From assembly GCA_044070495.1 (NCBI GenBank), contig JBIPSI010000003.1, positions 64,001 to 128,000 of the forward strand: a DNA stretch of 64,000 nucleotides. Reading direction: 5' to 3'. Below are positions 48,783 to 58,286 of the stretch, one piece after another. Each line of letters begins with the position of its first letter. The first letter of the stretch is position 1. A program made the translations under genes and the position numbers. Below the pieces are notes generated by a model. It saw nothing but the letters and a program-made list of their open reading frames with translations, was not told the origin of the DNA and did not search any database. This DNA is from Spirulina sp. GTDB taxonomy: Bacteria; Cyanobacteriota; Cyanobacteriia; Phormidesmidales; Phormidesmidaceae.

Positions 48783-49956
48783 GTCATACCCAACCAGTTT
48801 GTATGATCGCGGGTTTGAACGCCCTCACTTTGCAGATCGTGACCCACAGGCGATCACGGCAGCGGTTATTACGGAAATGGAACAACTGCTGGAACGGCAG
48901 CTATTTCCAGCCCAAATTGAGCGACTCCTGGCCAATTTACAGGCGTACCGCGAGGTCGGCGTTCGGCAGGCCATTCAATGGACAGGCGAACAAAACTTGG
49001 TGGCCTTTGCGACGGGCATTCACCTGGACTACCTCGGTGAGTTGGTGGGCTGCTATCGTCTCGGTGCAGCCCCTGCTATGACGCGCCTCCGGTTTACCCT
49101 ATCCAGGGTGCCAGACTGGGCCGTTGTGGTGCCGGAGGGAACCACCGCAACGCGGGGGCGCGGTGCAGGGCAGATTCACTGGCGCACCGTTCGCAGTGCC
49201 CGGATCAATGGGGCTATGGAGGGCGGTAGCCTGCTCCTGGATGAGGATGGCCTACCCTACGTTGAAGTGGAGGCTCAGGCTTCGACCCATGGCGTGATTG
49301 GCAATGGGTTCCAGCCGGGGGAAATCAATGCCCTTGTGACCGATCCGTTCCCTTGGTTCAAGTCCGTCGAAAACGTCGTGATTAGCCGCCAAGGGGCGGC
49401 GACCGAGTCCGATGATCGCTACCGTCATCGGATCATGCTGGCCCCTGAACAATTGGCCGGGGGCAGTGAGGGCGCTTACCAGTACGCCATCCTGAGCCTG
49501 TCTCCCTACATTACCGATGTTGCCGTCGTCCAAGATAGCCCAGGCCACATCACCGTTCTGCCGCTGACCCATGGCGGGCTACCCACACCAGAACTCCTGG
49601 CCCAGGCATCTAAGGCACTGCGTCCAGACCGTCGCCGTCCCCTAACGGATTGGGTCTCCGTTGCCGCCCCGGTAGAAGTGCCCCTGCACCTCCATGTCAC
49701 CGTTACACCCTACACCGGGCGCAATGGCATCGAGCTAGAGCAACGGCTGCGGGCGGAGCTAGATGTGTGGATGAAGCAGCGTAACCCTGTCCTGGGCGTG
49801 GATTTTGTCCCGTCTCAGGTCTGTGGCGCAATCGCGGGTATTGCCGGGGTCTATCGGGTGGAGGTGACGGCTCCCGCCTACCGGGTGATTGCCCCCAACG
49901 AATGGGCACACTACACCGGACTAACGTTGACAATGGCTGAACCACAGTCAGGCTAG
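48775..49956 (+). CDS. Baseplate J-like wedge protein
   Basis: 'NLVAFATGIHLDYLG', 'ESDDRYRHRI', 'GSEGAY' and 'RPLTDWVSV'. Confidence 0.92.
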   Translation: MAESYPTSLYDRGFERPHFADRDPQAITAAVITEMEQLLERQLFPAQIERLLANLQAYREVGVRQAIQWTGEQNLVAFATGIHLDYLGELVGCYRLGAAPAMTRLRFTLSRVPDWAVVVPEGTTATRGRGAGQIHWRTVRSARINGAMEGGSLLLDEDGLPYVEVEAQASTHGVIGNGFQPGEINALVTDPFPWFKSVENVVISRQGAATESDDRYRHRIMLAPEQLAGGSEGAYQYAILSLSPYITDVAVVQDSPGHITVLPLTHGGLPTPELLAQASKALRPDRRRPLTDWVSVAAPVEVPLHLHVTVTPYTGRNGIELEQRLRAELDVWMKQRNPVLGVDFVPSQVCGAIAGIAGVYRVEVTAPAYRVIAPNEWAHYTGLTLTMAEPQSG

Positions 49957-49962
49957 GGGGCT

Positions 49963-51012
49963 ATGTCCAAGGAAATCCTGCAACCATCCATCGCCCACGA
50001 CCCGCGCAGTCGAGCCTTCGCGGAGGTCTTGGAACGCCTAGGGCGGCTAGACCTCAGTCCGTTGCTGGTTTATCGACTGGCCACAACACGGCCTGGGGTA
50101 TTGCCGTGGCTAGCGGAACAGTTCAATGTCGGCGGCGTTAAGGGCTGGCACTGGGCTACCACGGACGATGAGCGCCGGGACTTAGTTCGTAATGCTGTTC
50201 CGCTCCATCGCCTGAAGGGAACGCTGGAGGGCTATCGTGCAGCCCTGAGAATGACCAAGACCGCGACCCTGGAGAGCTACATTGCCCCTCCAGACATGCC
50301 CTACGCAGATGCGCCCTTAACCGAGGCTGAGTGGAATCGCTTTCTGGAACAGATGCCCCAGCTTCGCCTATATCGCTATAACCACCGTGGGGTACAGCAA
50401 AGCGCCTTGCTGAGGCGGTGCTTTGTGGTAGATAACGACAGCCACCCCGCCGCCAAGTGTTATCCCATGGTCACGGGGGCATGGTCTAGGTTTGGAGAAC
50501 GGCCCTTTCTCTGGCATCCCGATGGCCAAGTCGAGGAACTACGGGTCTGGCGGCGCACCCTGACGGTAGAGGATAGATTTGCCACAACCGTCGAGGCGGT
50601 GATTCGTCCCGGTCGGGCGCTCGGCTTTTTCCCGGTAGACTATCACCAAGCATCGGGTGGTGAGGCTTCTTCGGTACGGCTGGTGGGCCAGCGATCCCGT
50701 CGGGGATACCCACTGTTGATTGATCAAGATCCGTTGAGTCGGGTGTATCGTCTGGAGCTAACCGAGCCTTTTATGCAGCAATCAGAACGGCTCAGTTCTC
50801 GCCTGTTGACCCCAGGGTACAAACAACTTCGGGCACAGTACGACATGATTGCAGAGCGTTCCGTCACCCAGGGGCAGTTTGATGGACGAATGTGGGCCGG
50901 AGGCAGCAGGCCCACACCGCCCCCGCCGTCTCAAGTCATCTCCCCGGCTCCGGTCAAGGCTCTACGCTGGAACGTTCGCGGTTCGACGCTGGTGCCACTC
51001 ATCACCCGCTAG
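49963..51012 (+). CDS. Tail protein I (P2 gpI-like), N-terminal part
   Basis: 'LPWLAEQF...RRDLVRNAVPLHRLKGT'. Confidence 0.82.
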   Translation: MSKEILQPSIAHDPRSRAFAEVLERLGRLDLSPLLVYRLATTRPGVLPWLAEQFNVGGVKGWHWATTDDERRDLVRNAVPLHRLKGTLEGYRAALRMTKTATLESYIAPPDMPYADAPLTEAEWNRFLEQMPQLRLYRYNHRGVQQSALLRRCFVVDNDSHPAAKCYPMVTGAWSRFGERPFLWHPDGQVEELRVWRRTLTVEDRFATTVEAVIRPGRALGFFPVDYHQASGGEASSVRLVGQRSRRGYPLLIDQDPLSRVYRLELTEPFMQQSERLSSRLLTPGYKQLRAQYDMIAERSVTQGQFDGRMWAGGSRPTPPPPSQVISPAPVKALRWNVRGSTLVPLITR

Positions 51013-51048
51013 CAGGTCAAGTTAGGCCGTCCTGAAACCTACATCACC

Positions 51049-51474
51049 ATGCCCCTGTCTCCATCTACCCTCGTTCCCACCATCACTGACCTGCATCTGC
51101 TGCAATGCGCGATCACCGATCAGGCTTTCTATGCCATGCTGCTGCTGGAACTGCCGGGGCCAGAGGTCGAGGTTAGGGCCGCCATTCAAACGGCGGGTGA
51201 GCCGATAGAACTTAGCGGGGTGCAGATTCGGGCCACCGACGATGGTGGGGCCGGACTGTGGGCCGACGACGTAACTTGGATTGGCGCGACGGCGACCTCG
51301 GTGGCTGGGGTCGGTATCTTTCGTAAGGTAGGCTTGAGTCCTAGTACCAGCGATCCACTGTTCTCGGTCGTGGCCTTTGTCGATGCTGCCGGACTGACTT
51401 GCCCTATCGATTTTGCCGCTGATAACTTCACGGCATCCCTCAGCACTACTCCGTTCTTTTTGACCCGTGGCTAA
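51049..51474 (+). CDS. Small beta-rich virion-type protein, in frame with the upstream gene
   Basis: 'ADDVTW...AGVGIFRK...DPL' pattern of small tail proteins; same frame as 49963 with one TAG in between. Confidence 0.6.
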   Translation: MPLSPSTLVPTITDLHLLQCAITDQAFYAMLLLELPGPEVEVRAAIQTAGEPIELSGVQIRATDDGGAGLWADDVTWIGATATSVAGVGIFRKVGLSPSTSDPLFSVVAFVDAAGLTCPIDFAADNFTASLSTTPFFLTRG

Positions 51475-51883
51475 TCGAACCTTCACCCTCCCCAACTCCG
51501 ATGCTCACCTACGGCTATACAAGCGCCTGTACCTATGGGACAAGGAGGCCATCCTGCGATTGGGGCGGGCCTTCGCCCACTGTGATCGCGCTCGGTTTGG
51601 AATGCCGCCGTACCACGCCCAACTGAACGCGAAGCTACAATCGCCCCCGCTACCAATCAATGTGTTCAATGGTGGTGGACGCCATGCGATGGGCTTTTTC
51701 CGGCCTGATAACGCCCATTCCCGCTACTGGGCCACGATGGAGCTAGGACGGTCGATGACCTATGCCCGCGACCGCGTGATGATCCGCACTAGGCAGACGA
51801 TCCCCGTCACTGCCGGAGATCGCATTTCGTCGGGGGCGGGAATACTAGCTGGACAATTCCTAAATCGGGATACTCATGATTGA
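51467..51883 (+). CDS. Probable C-terminal part of tail protein I
   Basis: 'RLYKRLYLWD...RARFGMPPYHA...RDRVMI...VTAGD' resembles the C-termini of long gpI-like proteins (from recall). Confidence 0.55.
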   Translation: MANRTFTLPNSDAHLRLYKRLYLWDKEAILRLGRAFAHCDRARFGMPPYHAQLNAKLQSPPLPINVFNGGGRHAMGFFRPDNAHSRYWATMELGRSMTYARDRVMIRTRQTIPVTAGDRISSGAGILAGQFLNRDTHD

Positions 51884-51940
51884 TGCTCTTGAGGGCCGTT
51901 GCGGTAGGATGGTGAGCATTGCCAACTGAGCGCGGCCATC

Positions 51941-54190
51941 ATGCATGGAAAAGTCAATTACTACGTTGGGGGCGAGTTCCAGAGCAAGGATTTAAGGGAT
52001 GCCCAACGGTTTAAGGCTGATGGGGTCGCAGCGGTGGCGGCGGATGGCATTGGCACAGGCCACTATTACGCGGGCCTAGGTGTCACCCAGGGCGGGGTTA
52101 CGTCGCTGCTGGTTGCGCCGGGACGGCTTCTGAAGGACGGTCAGTATTACACTCTGCCCCAAAGCAGTAGCCTGCCGGGGACGGCGGGGGCAGTGCTGGA
52201 GGTGGGGGCACACCTACCGATCATCCAAAACAAGATTGTGGCCCTGTGCGTCTGGGGACGGGTCATCGAAACGCAGGTGGAGAACCGTAGCTTTCGCCTC
52301 GACCTCGTGACCGATACCACCGAGTTTCGGGCCGTCCCCGTCATTCAACATTGGGAGGCGGTCGTAGACATCGTGGATGACGGCACCGAGGCCGTGGCTC
52401 CCGTGGTCCCGGCCATTCCGCCTGGAATGCTGCACTTTTGCTCTATCTGGCTCAGTCCGAGTGGCATCACGCGCATCGAGATGGTGGAGTCCGTCCGACT
52501 GCCCAGCACCATCGGGCTTCAGCACCTCCTGACCGGGATCTCCCAGTGGCGCACCCGGATCGAGGCCCAGGTGGACTCGCTCAAGGTGCAGTTTGCCGCC
52601 CTGCGAGCGATGCAGTTTAACTATGCCCGCCACCGGGAACTGATCAATATGGCCAGTGATGTAGCGCTTCTGAAGCGTTTGGCCTTGCTGCCAGCGGGTA
52701 CCTCGGCCTATGACGCAGATGCCTTCCAGGATGAGTCTGGCTCGGATACGAGCCACCCCAGCTATGATGCGCGGGTGGACTGGGGACTGTTGTTTTCCGT
52801 CGCTGCCCAGGCCACCATCAACCTGGCCTTGCTTAGCCCCAACGATGCCAACGCAAAACGGTCTGGCGACCTACTCCTTCCCGCCTACGACTCCGTGCCT
52901 CGGTTCACCAGTGGCACCTGGAATGGTCAGGACGTTGCGATGGCCATCGAGCAATCGTCCTGGGAATACGAGACGGTTGAATTTTCGAGCTGGGTCAACG
53001 TCAAGGGCTGGAGCTTTAACCACTATGCCCAGTGGTGGTGCAGCCAATTTGCTTGGTGGGGCCAGACCGACTATCGCGTTAACCGCATCTCTCAAGATTC
53101 CTACACGGCCCGCTGGCTCAATGACTGGAACCGCAACTGGACGCTGGCTCCGGTCGAGGCTGAAGTTCTGACGGCAGGGAGCCAGACCCAAGTTTCGGGT
53201 GCGGCAATTGCTCAGACCTTTGTGGCACCGACGCTATGGCTGACCGAAGTTGAGGTATTTATCACGGGGCAGGCGCAGGGGGCCGACCTTCAGTTATTCA
53301 TCTGCCCCACCTCAGAGACGGGTAAGCCGTTATTCTCGGCTGTCCTAGGGAAGGCCATCATGCCCCACGAGTCGATCCAAGTCCATCCCAAGGGCACCCG
53401 CCTACAACTGAATCATCCCGTCCTGTTGCAGGGCGGAGAGCGCTACGCGATGGTGTTGGTCAGTGATGGCATCTATCGACTGGCCACCATTGAGAGCGCC
53501 AGCTTTGCCGAGGGCACCTTTTTCACCAGCAGCAGCGGCGACTTCTTCCAGGGCGACCAGGCTATCGACCTGCTGTTTGTCTTGCACGGGGCCAAGTTCC
53601 GCTATCCGCGCACGGTGCTCAGCCTACAGCCGATCTCCCTTGCCGGGGGCATTACCGATCTAAAACTCCTACTGCGGCAGCGGGTACCCCAGGGGTGCAA
53701 CCTGGAGGTTCAGTACCAAGTCAACGGAGTTTGGCACCAGCTCAAAGATGGTGAATCGCCGTTAGATGTAGCTCCTAGCTTGGTACCGCTTCGGGCTGTC
53801 TTCCTGGGCACATCCACGATACAGCCCGCTCTTCTGATTGACGGAGCTAGCCGGGTGGAGGGCAGCCGCGCCAAGCTCACCTTTTCCCATGTATCTGCCC
53901 TACGAAGGCTGGCTACCCCGGCTCAGTCCTTTGTGGTTCGCGCCCGCACCTACGGCTACCAGGAGGGCACCCATTCCCTAACCTGTTCGATCTGGGTGGG
54001 CGAGACGGCCCATTCAGCGGAGAGTGCCGTGCTGCGGCCCGACCAGGATGGCTCCACCTTGCACACCTTCACCTTTGAGGTAGGGACGGCAGGGGCCAGC
54101 AGCTATCAGGTACACCTGACGGGCACTCGCCCCAGCCCCGAAGTCCCGCCCTTCATTGTTTCGGAGCGGGTTGAAGTGGCCATGAACTAG
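51941..54190 (+). CDS. Large tail/baseplate-associated protein, paralogue 1
   Basis: 749 aa; colinear similarity to the next gene. Confidence 0.75.
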   Translation: MHGKVNYYVGGEFQSKDLRDAQRFKADGVAAVAADGIGTGHYYAGLGVTQGGVTSLLVAPGRLLKDGQYYTLPQSSSLPGTAGAVLEVGAHLPIIQNKIVALCVWGRVIETQVENRSFRLDLVTDTTEFRAVPVIQHWEAVVDIVDDGTEAVAPVVPAIPPGMLHFCSIWLSPSGITRIEMVESVRLPSTIGLQHLLTGISQWRTRIEAQVDSLKVQFAALRAMQFNYARHRELINMASDVALLKRLALLPAGTSAYDADAFQDESGSDTSHPSYDARVDWGLLFSVAAQATINLALLSPNDANAKRSGDLLLPAYDSVPRFTSGTWNGQDVAMAIEQSSWEYETVEFSSWVNVKGWSFNHYAQWWCSQFAWWGQTDYRVNRISQDSYTARWLNDWNRNWTLAPVEAEVLTAGSQTQVSGAAIAQTFVAPTLWLTEVEVFITGQAQGADLQLFICPTSETGKPLFSAVLGKAIMPHESIQVHPKGTRLQLNHPVLLQGGERYAMVLVSDGIYRLATIESASFAEGTFFTSSSGDFFQGDQAIDLLFVLHGAKFRYPRTVLSLQPISLAGGITDLKLLLRQRVPQGCNLEVQYQVNGVWHQLKDGESPLDVAPSLVPLRAVFLGTSTIQPALLIDGASRVEGSRAKLTFSHVSALRRLATPAQSFVVRARTYGYQEGTHSLTCSIWVGETAHSAESAVLRPDQDGSTLHTFTFEVGTAGASSYQVHLTGTRPSPEVPPFIVSERVEVAMN

Positions 54191-54199
54191 GAGGTTGCC

Positions 54200-56461
54200 A
54201 TGTGGGACAGAGTACAAATTCAGGATCGGATGGAGGTTCGCGCAGGCGACCTCAATGCCATGCAGGACTACGCTAAGCAAGGCATCGAGGCACTGTTTTT
54301 TGACGGCATCGGCTCCGGCAAATATTACTCCGGGCTAGAGGTTTCTCAGATTAGTCCGACCGAGGTACGGGTTGCGCCAGGGCGTTACTGGGCAGCGGGG
54401 CAATGCTTTGCGCGGCTAGAAAATTTGCAGGTAGGCATCCAAGCCGAAACGATCCCGCTGATCAATCATCTCCCGGCTCAATACGAGCGGGCAATTGCGC
54501 TCTGTGTCTATGGCGAAGTTCGGGATACGAACGTGGAGCCACGAGACTTTTTAATCGATCTCGTGACCCAGGCGACTGAACCTGCTCCGGTACCTATCAA
54601 TCGGATGCAGTTGGCCCTGGTGGGGGTTTATCCAGGAGTAGAGAGTCCTCAGCCACAGATTCCCATCATTCCATCCGGGGTGCTGCACTTTTGCACTGTC
54701 TGGCTCCAACCCACGGGCATCGCTCGAATTGAGATGGTAGAGGCGAACCGGGTGCCTTCCACAGCAGACTGTTATCTCAACCTGGACGAGCTTCTACGCT
54801 GGAAGTCTTCGATTGAAGCGCTCCTAGAGAGCCTTCGGTCGGAATTAGCTGCGCTCTACGAACTGATCAAGAATTTCAGTCCCCTGTCTCAGCTTCGGCT
54901 CTTGGGGTTGGACATCGCCAGACTGAAGGAGTGGGCCAGCCTACCCGATACCTATAGCGCCTACGGATCCGACTGGTTTCTGGAGGAGGAGGAGTCTGAC
55001 CTGGGTTACTCCGGCTATGACGCTCGGATTGACTATGGCCTACTGTTTCCGATCTCAGCCTCGGCCAGCTCGGCAATCGCACTCCTGAGTCCCAATGATT
55101 CCAGTGTCAGGGTTAGCTATGGGCGAGTGTTGCCAACCTATACGAACCGACGACGGTTTGGCACCATGGGCTACACGGGCAAAGACATTGGACTAACGGT
55201 CGAGCAACAGTCCTTCGAGCTGCGCTCCTTCGAGATTTCGCAGTATGTCCACAAGTATGGCTGGAGCTATAACGACTACGGTGCCTGGTGGTCACAGAAC
55301 TATAACCAGGGCAAGGACTTTAGCCAGGGTTCGGCCCTTAACCTACACAACCCAAACGACAAGATCACCTTTGCCTATAACTGGACCTTGCAGTGGAACA
55401 ACCACTGGACGCTTCAGCCCGTGACCCAGCAGTACCTCGCTCCCACGACGACGACGGTGGTAGGGGCGATGGTGGCCCAGACCTTTATGGCTCCGGCCAG
55501 TATGTGGCTGACCGCTGTGGATTTACACTTCACCAAAATCGATAGTTCGGGCAGCGTTACCCTGGCGGTGTGCCGAGTCAGTGAGACGGGTGAGCCCCTG
55601 CTGGGCCAGGTCGTTACCCAGGCCACCCTGTCGCATTCCCAACTACGGCTGCATTCTCAAGCTACACAGTTCGCCCTGCCGCCTGCCTTCCTTTACTCTG
55701 GGCAGCGCTATGCCCTTTGTGTGATTAGTCAGGGGGCGCACCGTCTGGCTACGGTCAATGGTAAGGAGTTTACGGAGGGTACCCTATTCACCTCCACATC
55801 GGGCAGTTTCTTTGAGGGCGACTTAACTCAAGACCTGCTGTTCGCGATCTACAGCGCTCACTTCACCAATCCAAGAACCGTGGTAGCGCTCCAGCCGCTA
55901 TCACTCTCCGGCGGATTCTCGGATCTGGAAATCAATGCCCCCGCCTTCGTTCCCCAGGGCACCGATCTCATTTACGAAATCCAGGTCGGCGGGATCTGGC
56001 ATCCCCTCACCGAACCCACCTACTACCTTCAGTCATTGCCCGACTCGGTGCCGCTACGGGTCGTTTTCCTGGGTACAACCGACATTCAACCTGCCCTTGA
56101 ATTAACGGCTGATGCGATCCAGGTATCACGCCCCAAAACAACCTTGACCCATATCTCAACAGAGCGCACCCTGGCCAGCCCATCTAGCGACATCACGGTT
56201 AAGGTCAAAGCCCACGGGTTCAATGGCGCGGTGGGCCAGACCGATCACGATCTAGTCGCCAAGCTAGTTCTTCCTGATGGGGCGCTTCTAAGTCCTGCGG
56301 CCTCCAGCTTGGAAGTGCAGCCCGATGGGGCTACCGTCCATGTCTTCGAGTTTAGCCCTGGCACGGCCATCAACACCTATCGGGTACGCCTAGAGGGCTT
56401 TCGTTCAGGGGCTACCGTCCCCCCATTTGTCATTGTTGAGCGTCTGGATATTGCGGTCTAA
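54200..56461 (+). CDS. Large tail/baseplate-associated protein, paralogue 2
   Basis: 753 aa; GGAGG SD; colinear similarity to the previous gene. Confidence 0.75.
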   Translation: MWDRVQIQDRMEVRAGDLNAMQDYAKQGIEALFFDGIGSGKYYSGLEVSQISPTEVRVAPGRYWAAGQCFARLENLQVGIQAETIPLINHLPAQYERAIALCVYGEVRDTNVEPRDFLIDLVTQATEPAPVPINRMQLALVGVYPGVESPQPQIPIIPSGVLHFCTVWLQPTGIARIEMVEANRVPSTADCYLNLDELLRWKSSIEALLESLRSELAALYELIKNFSPLSQLRLLGLDIARLKEWASLPDTYSAYGSDWFLEEEESDLGYSGYDARIDYGLLFPISASASSAIALLSPNDSSVRVSYGRVLPTYTNRRRFGTMGYTGKDIGLTVEQQSFELRSFEISQYVHKYGWSYNDYGAWWSQNYNQGKDFSQGSALNLHNPNDKITFAYNWTLQWNNHWTLQPVTQQYLAPTTTTVVGAMVAQTFMAPASMWLTAVDLHFTKIDSSGSVTLAVCRVSETGEPLLGQVVTQATLSHSQLRLHSQATQFALPPAFLYSGQRYALCVISQGAHRLATVNGKEFTEGTLFTSTSGSFFEGDLTQDLLFAIYSAHFTNPRTVVALQPLSLSGGFSDLEINAPAFVPQGTDLIYEIQVGGIWHPLTEPTYYLQSLPDSVPLRVVFLGTTDIQPALELTADAIQVSRPKTTLTHISTERTLASPSSDITVKVKAHGFNGAVGQTDHDLVAKLVLPDGALLSPAASSLEVQPDGATVHVFEFSPGTAINTYRVRLEGFRSGATVPPFVIVERLDIAV

Positions 56462-56640
56462 TGCTACTCAAAAAAAATCTGGTGGATGATGCCGCCTACT
56501 GGATCACCCTCAAACAACCCGTGGAGATTGCGGGCAAGACGCGCTACCCGTCCAGGGGCAAGCTGCGGTTGACGGGTGCCGCTGTCAAAGCCATTTATGC
56601 GTCGTGCGCCACTATCACTCCAGCGCTGTTGGAGGACTAA
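56461..56640 (+). CDS. Small tail-region protein (59 aa, below ORF-track cutoff)
   Basis: MLLKKNLVDDAAYWITLKQPVEIAGKTRYP...LLED; TAATG overlaps at both ends. Confidence 0.7.
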   Translation: MLLKKNLVDDAAYWITLKQPVEIAGKTRYPSRGKLRLTGAAVKAIYASCATITPALLED

Positions 56641-58283
56641 TGCCCAGTATCTTCGAGCAAACCTATCGCTTCACGCCAGAAACACGCCTTGACCCAACCG
56701 AGCTAAATAACCGATTCTGGTCGGTCGATGCTCGCCTACGAGCGCTGGAGCGTCAGAACGCTAGCCTCGACCAGCTCATCGAAACCCTACGGGGCGATGG
56801 CGTTTCTCGGCTAACGACGGCGCTCCAGACCTTGTTGCCCAGCATCCTAGCCGATGCTCAGTCGGGTTACCTATCCGGGCTGGGGGATGCCTCGATTTTA
56901 TGGTCAGCCATTGATACGACCGGGGCCACTCCTGCCAGCATTGGGGCTGAGGTTGCCGGAACGATGGCGCTGCACCTGGCGACTCCCGGTGTTCACAGCA
57001 TCAGCGATGTGGCTGACCTAGGCAGTGCCCTCGCTGGGAAGCAGCCCTACAGTGCCCTGCTCACCGCCATCGCAGCAGCGGCACCAACGGAGTTAGGCGT
57101 TCCTGTAGGGACAGGGACAACCTATCAAGTGCTGGCCCTGGAGGCGGGCGACTCGATTGCGATTTCTCAAGTTGGAGATCGCCTACGGATCGATGCGACG
57201 GGCAGTGCCTCCGGGGAATCCAATTCCGGGGCAAACCTGGGAGCGGGCCTGCCGATCTATGCGGGCAAGGTGGGTACTACCCTAAACTTCAAGACATTGA
57301 TAGCTGCCGATAACAGCATCGACCTGGTGCAGGCAGGAGATTCACTCAGCCTGAGGGTTAATGCAGCGGCGCTAGAAATTGGGATAGATCAGGTCATCAA
57401 CCTGACCGAAGGACTGAGCGAAAAACAGCCACTCTCTAGTAACCTATCGACCCTGGCCGAGTTGGTCCCGGTTGCAGGTCAGGTGGTGACAGGAGCCGGG
57501 GGCAGCTTTCAATTGGCTACCCTTACCGCTGGGGACAACATCACGATCACCCCCAATGGCAGCACCATCACCATAGCGGCGATCAACACTGGCGAGGCCA
57601 ATACAGCCTCTAACTTGGGCAGTACAGGGGCGGGGATTTTTGCCGGTAAGTCGGACGTTGATCTCCGTTTTCGCCGCCTCAGTTCCCTCGCCGACTTTGT
57701 TGTTTTGTCCGAGGCCAGTAATACCGTCAACCTGGACTTTGACACCTCGGCCTTCTTGTCCGGTCTACCCAGTGCCGCGATCTCCTGGGGCAAAGTTAGC
57801 AAGGCGGGGGCCATGGCAGCGGATGTGGGCGCTGAGCCTACCGGGGCTGTCGCGACCCATGCTGGGGGCGCTGGGGTACATGGAATTTCTGGGGTTCAAG
57901 GGCTCCAGACAGCCCTGGACGCGAGGGTAGAACTGGTGAAGGGTTCCACCCAATCAATGCAGACTAGCCTTGCGATTACACCCGCCACAGCCAATGTGGG
58001 CAGCTATACGCCCAACCTAGCGGGACAAAACTATTTCGTCCTGACCCAGACCAGCAATACGACTATCAACAATCCGACCAACTTGCCTAGCGGTAAGGTG
58101 ATGTTCTTAGACCTCATCCTCATCCAAGACAGCACCGGAGGACGAACCACCACCTGGGGCAACGCCTACACCTGGGGCGATGGGGGTGCCCCAACCTTAA
58201 AAACGACACCCAATGCTGTCAACCTGCTGACCTTCAAGCACTGGAACGGCAAACTTTACTTCCTGGGGCATCGGAGCTATTAG
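56640..58283 (+). CDS. Tail fibre protein
   Basis: N-terminal coiled coil; duplicated 'GE.N...NLG...I(Y/F)AGK...L.F..L' modules; C-terminal 'LIQDSTGGRT..W...W..GGAPTL' domain. Confidence 0.78.
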   Translation: MPSIFEQTYRFTPETRLDPTELNNRFWSVDARLRALERQNASLDQLIETLRGDGVSRLTTALQTLLPSILADAQSGYLSGLGDASILWSAIDTTGATPASIGAEVAGTMALHLATPGVHSISDVADLGSALAGKQPYSALLTAIAAAAPTELGVPVGTGTTYQVLALEAGDSIAISQVGDRLRIDATGSASGESNSGANLGAGLPIYAGKVGTTLNFKTLIAADNSIDLVQAGDSLSLRVNAAALEIGIDQVINLTEGLSEKQPLSSNLSTLAELVPVAGQVVTGAGGSFQLATLTAGDNITITPNGSTITIAAINTGEANTASNLGSTGAGIFAGKSDVDLRFRRLSSLADFVVLSEASNTVNLDFDTSAFLSGLPSAAISWGKVSKAGAMAADVGAEPTGAVATHAGGAGVHGISGVQGLQTALDARVELVKGSTQSMQTSLAITPATANVGSYTPNLAGQNYFVLTQTSNTTINNPTNLPSGKVMFLDLILIQDSTGGRTTTWGNAYTWGDGGAPTLKTTPNAVNLLTFKHWNGKLYFLGHRSY

Positions 58284-58286
58284 GCC

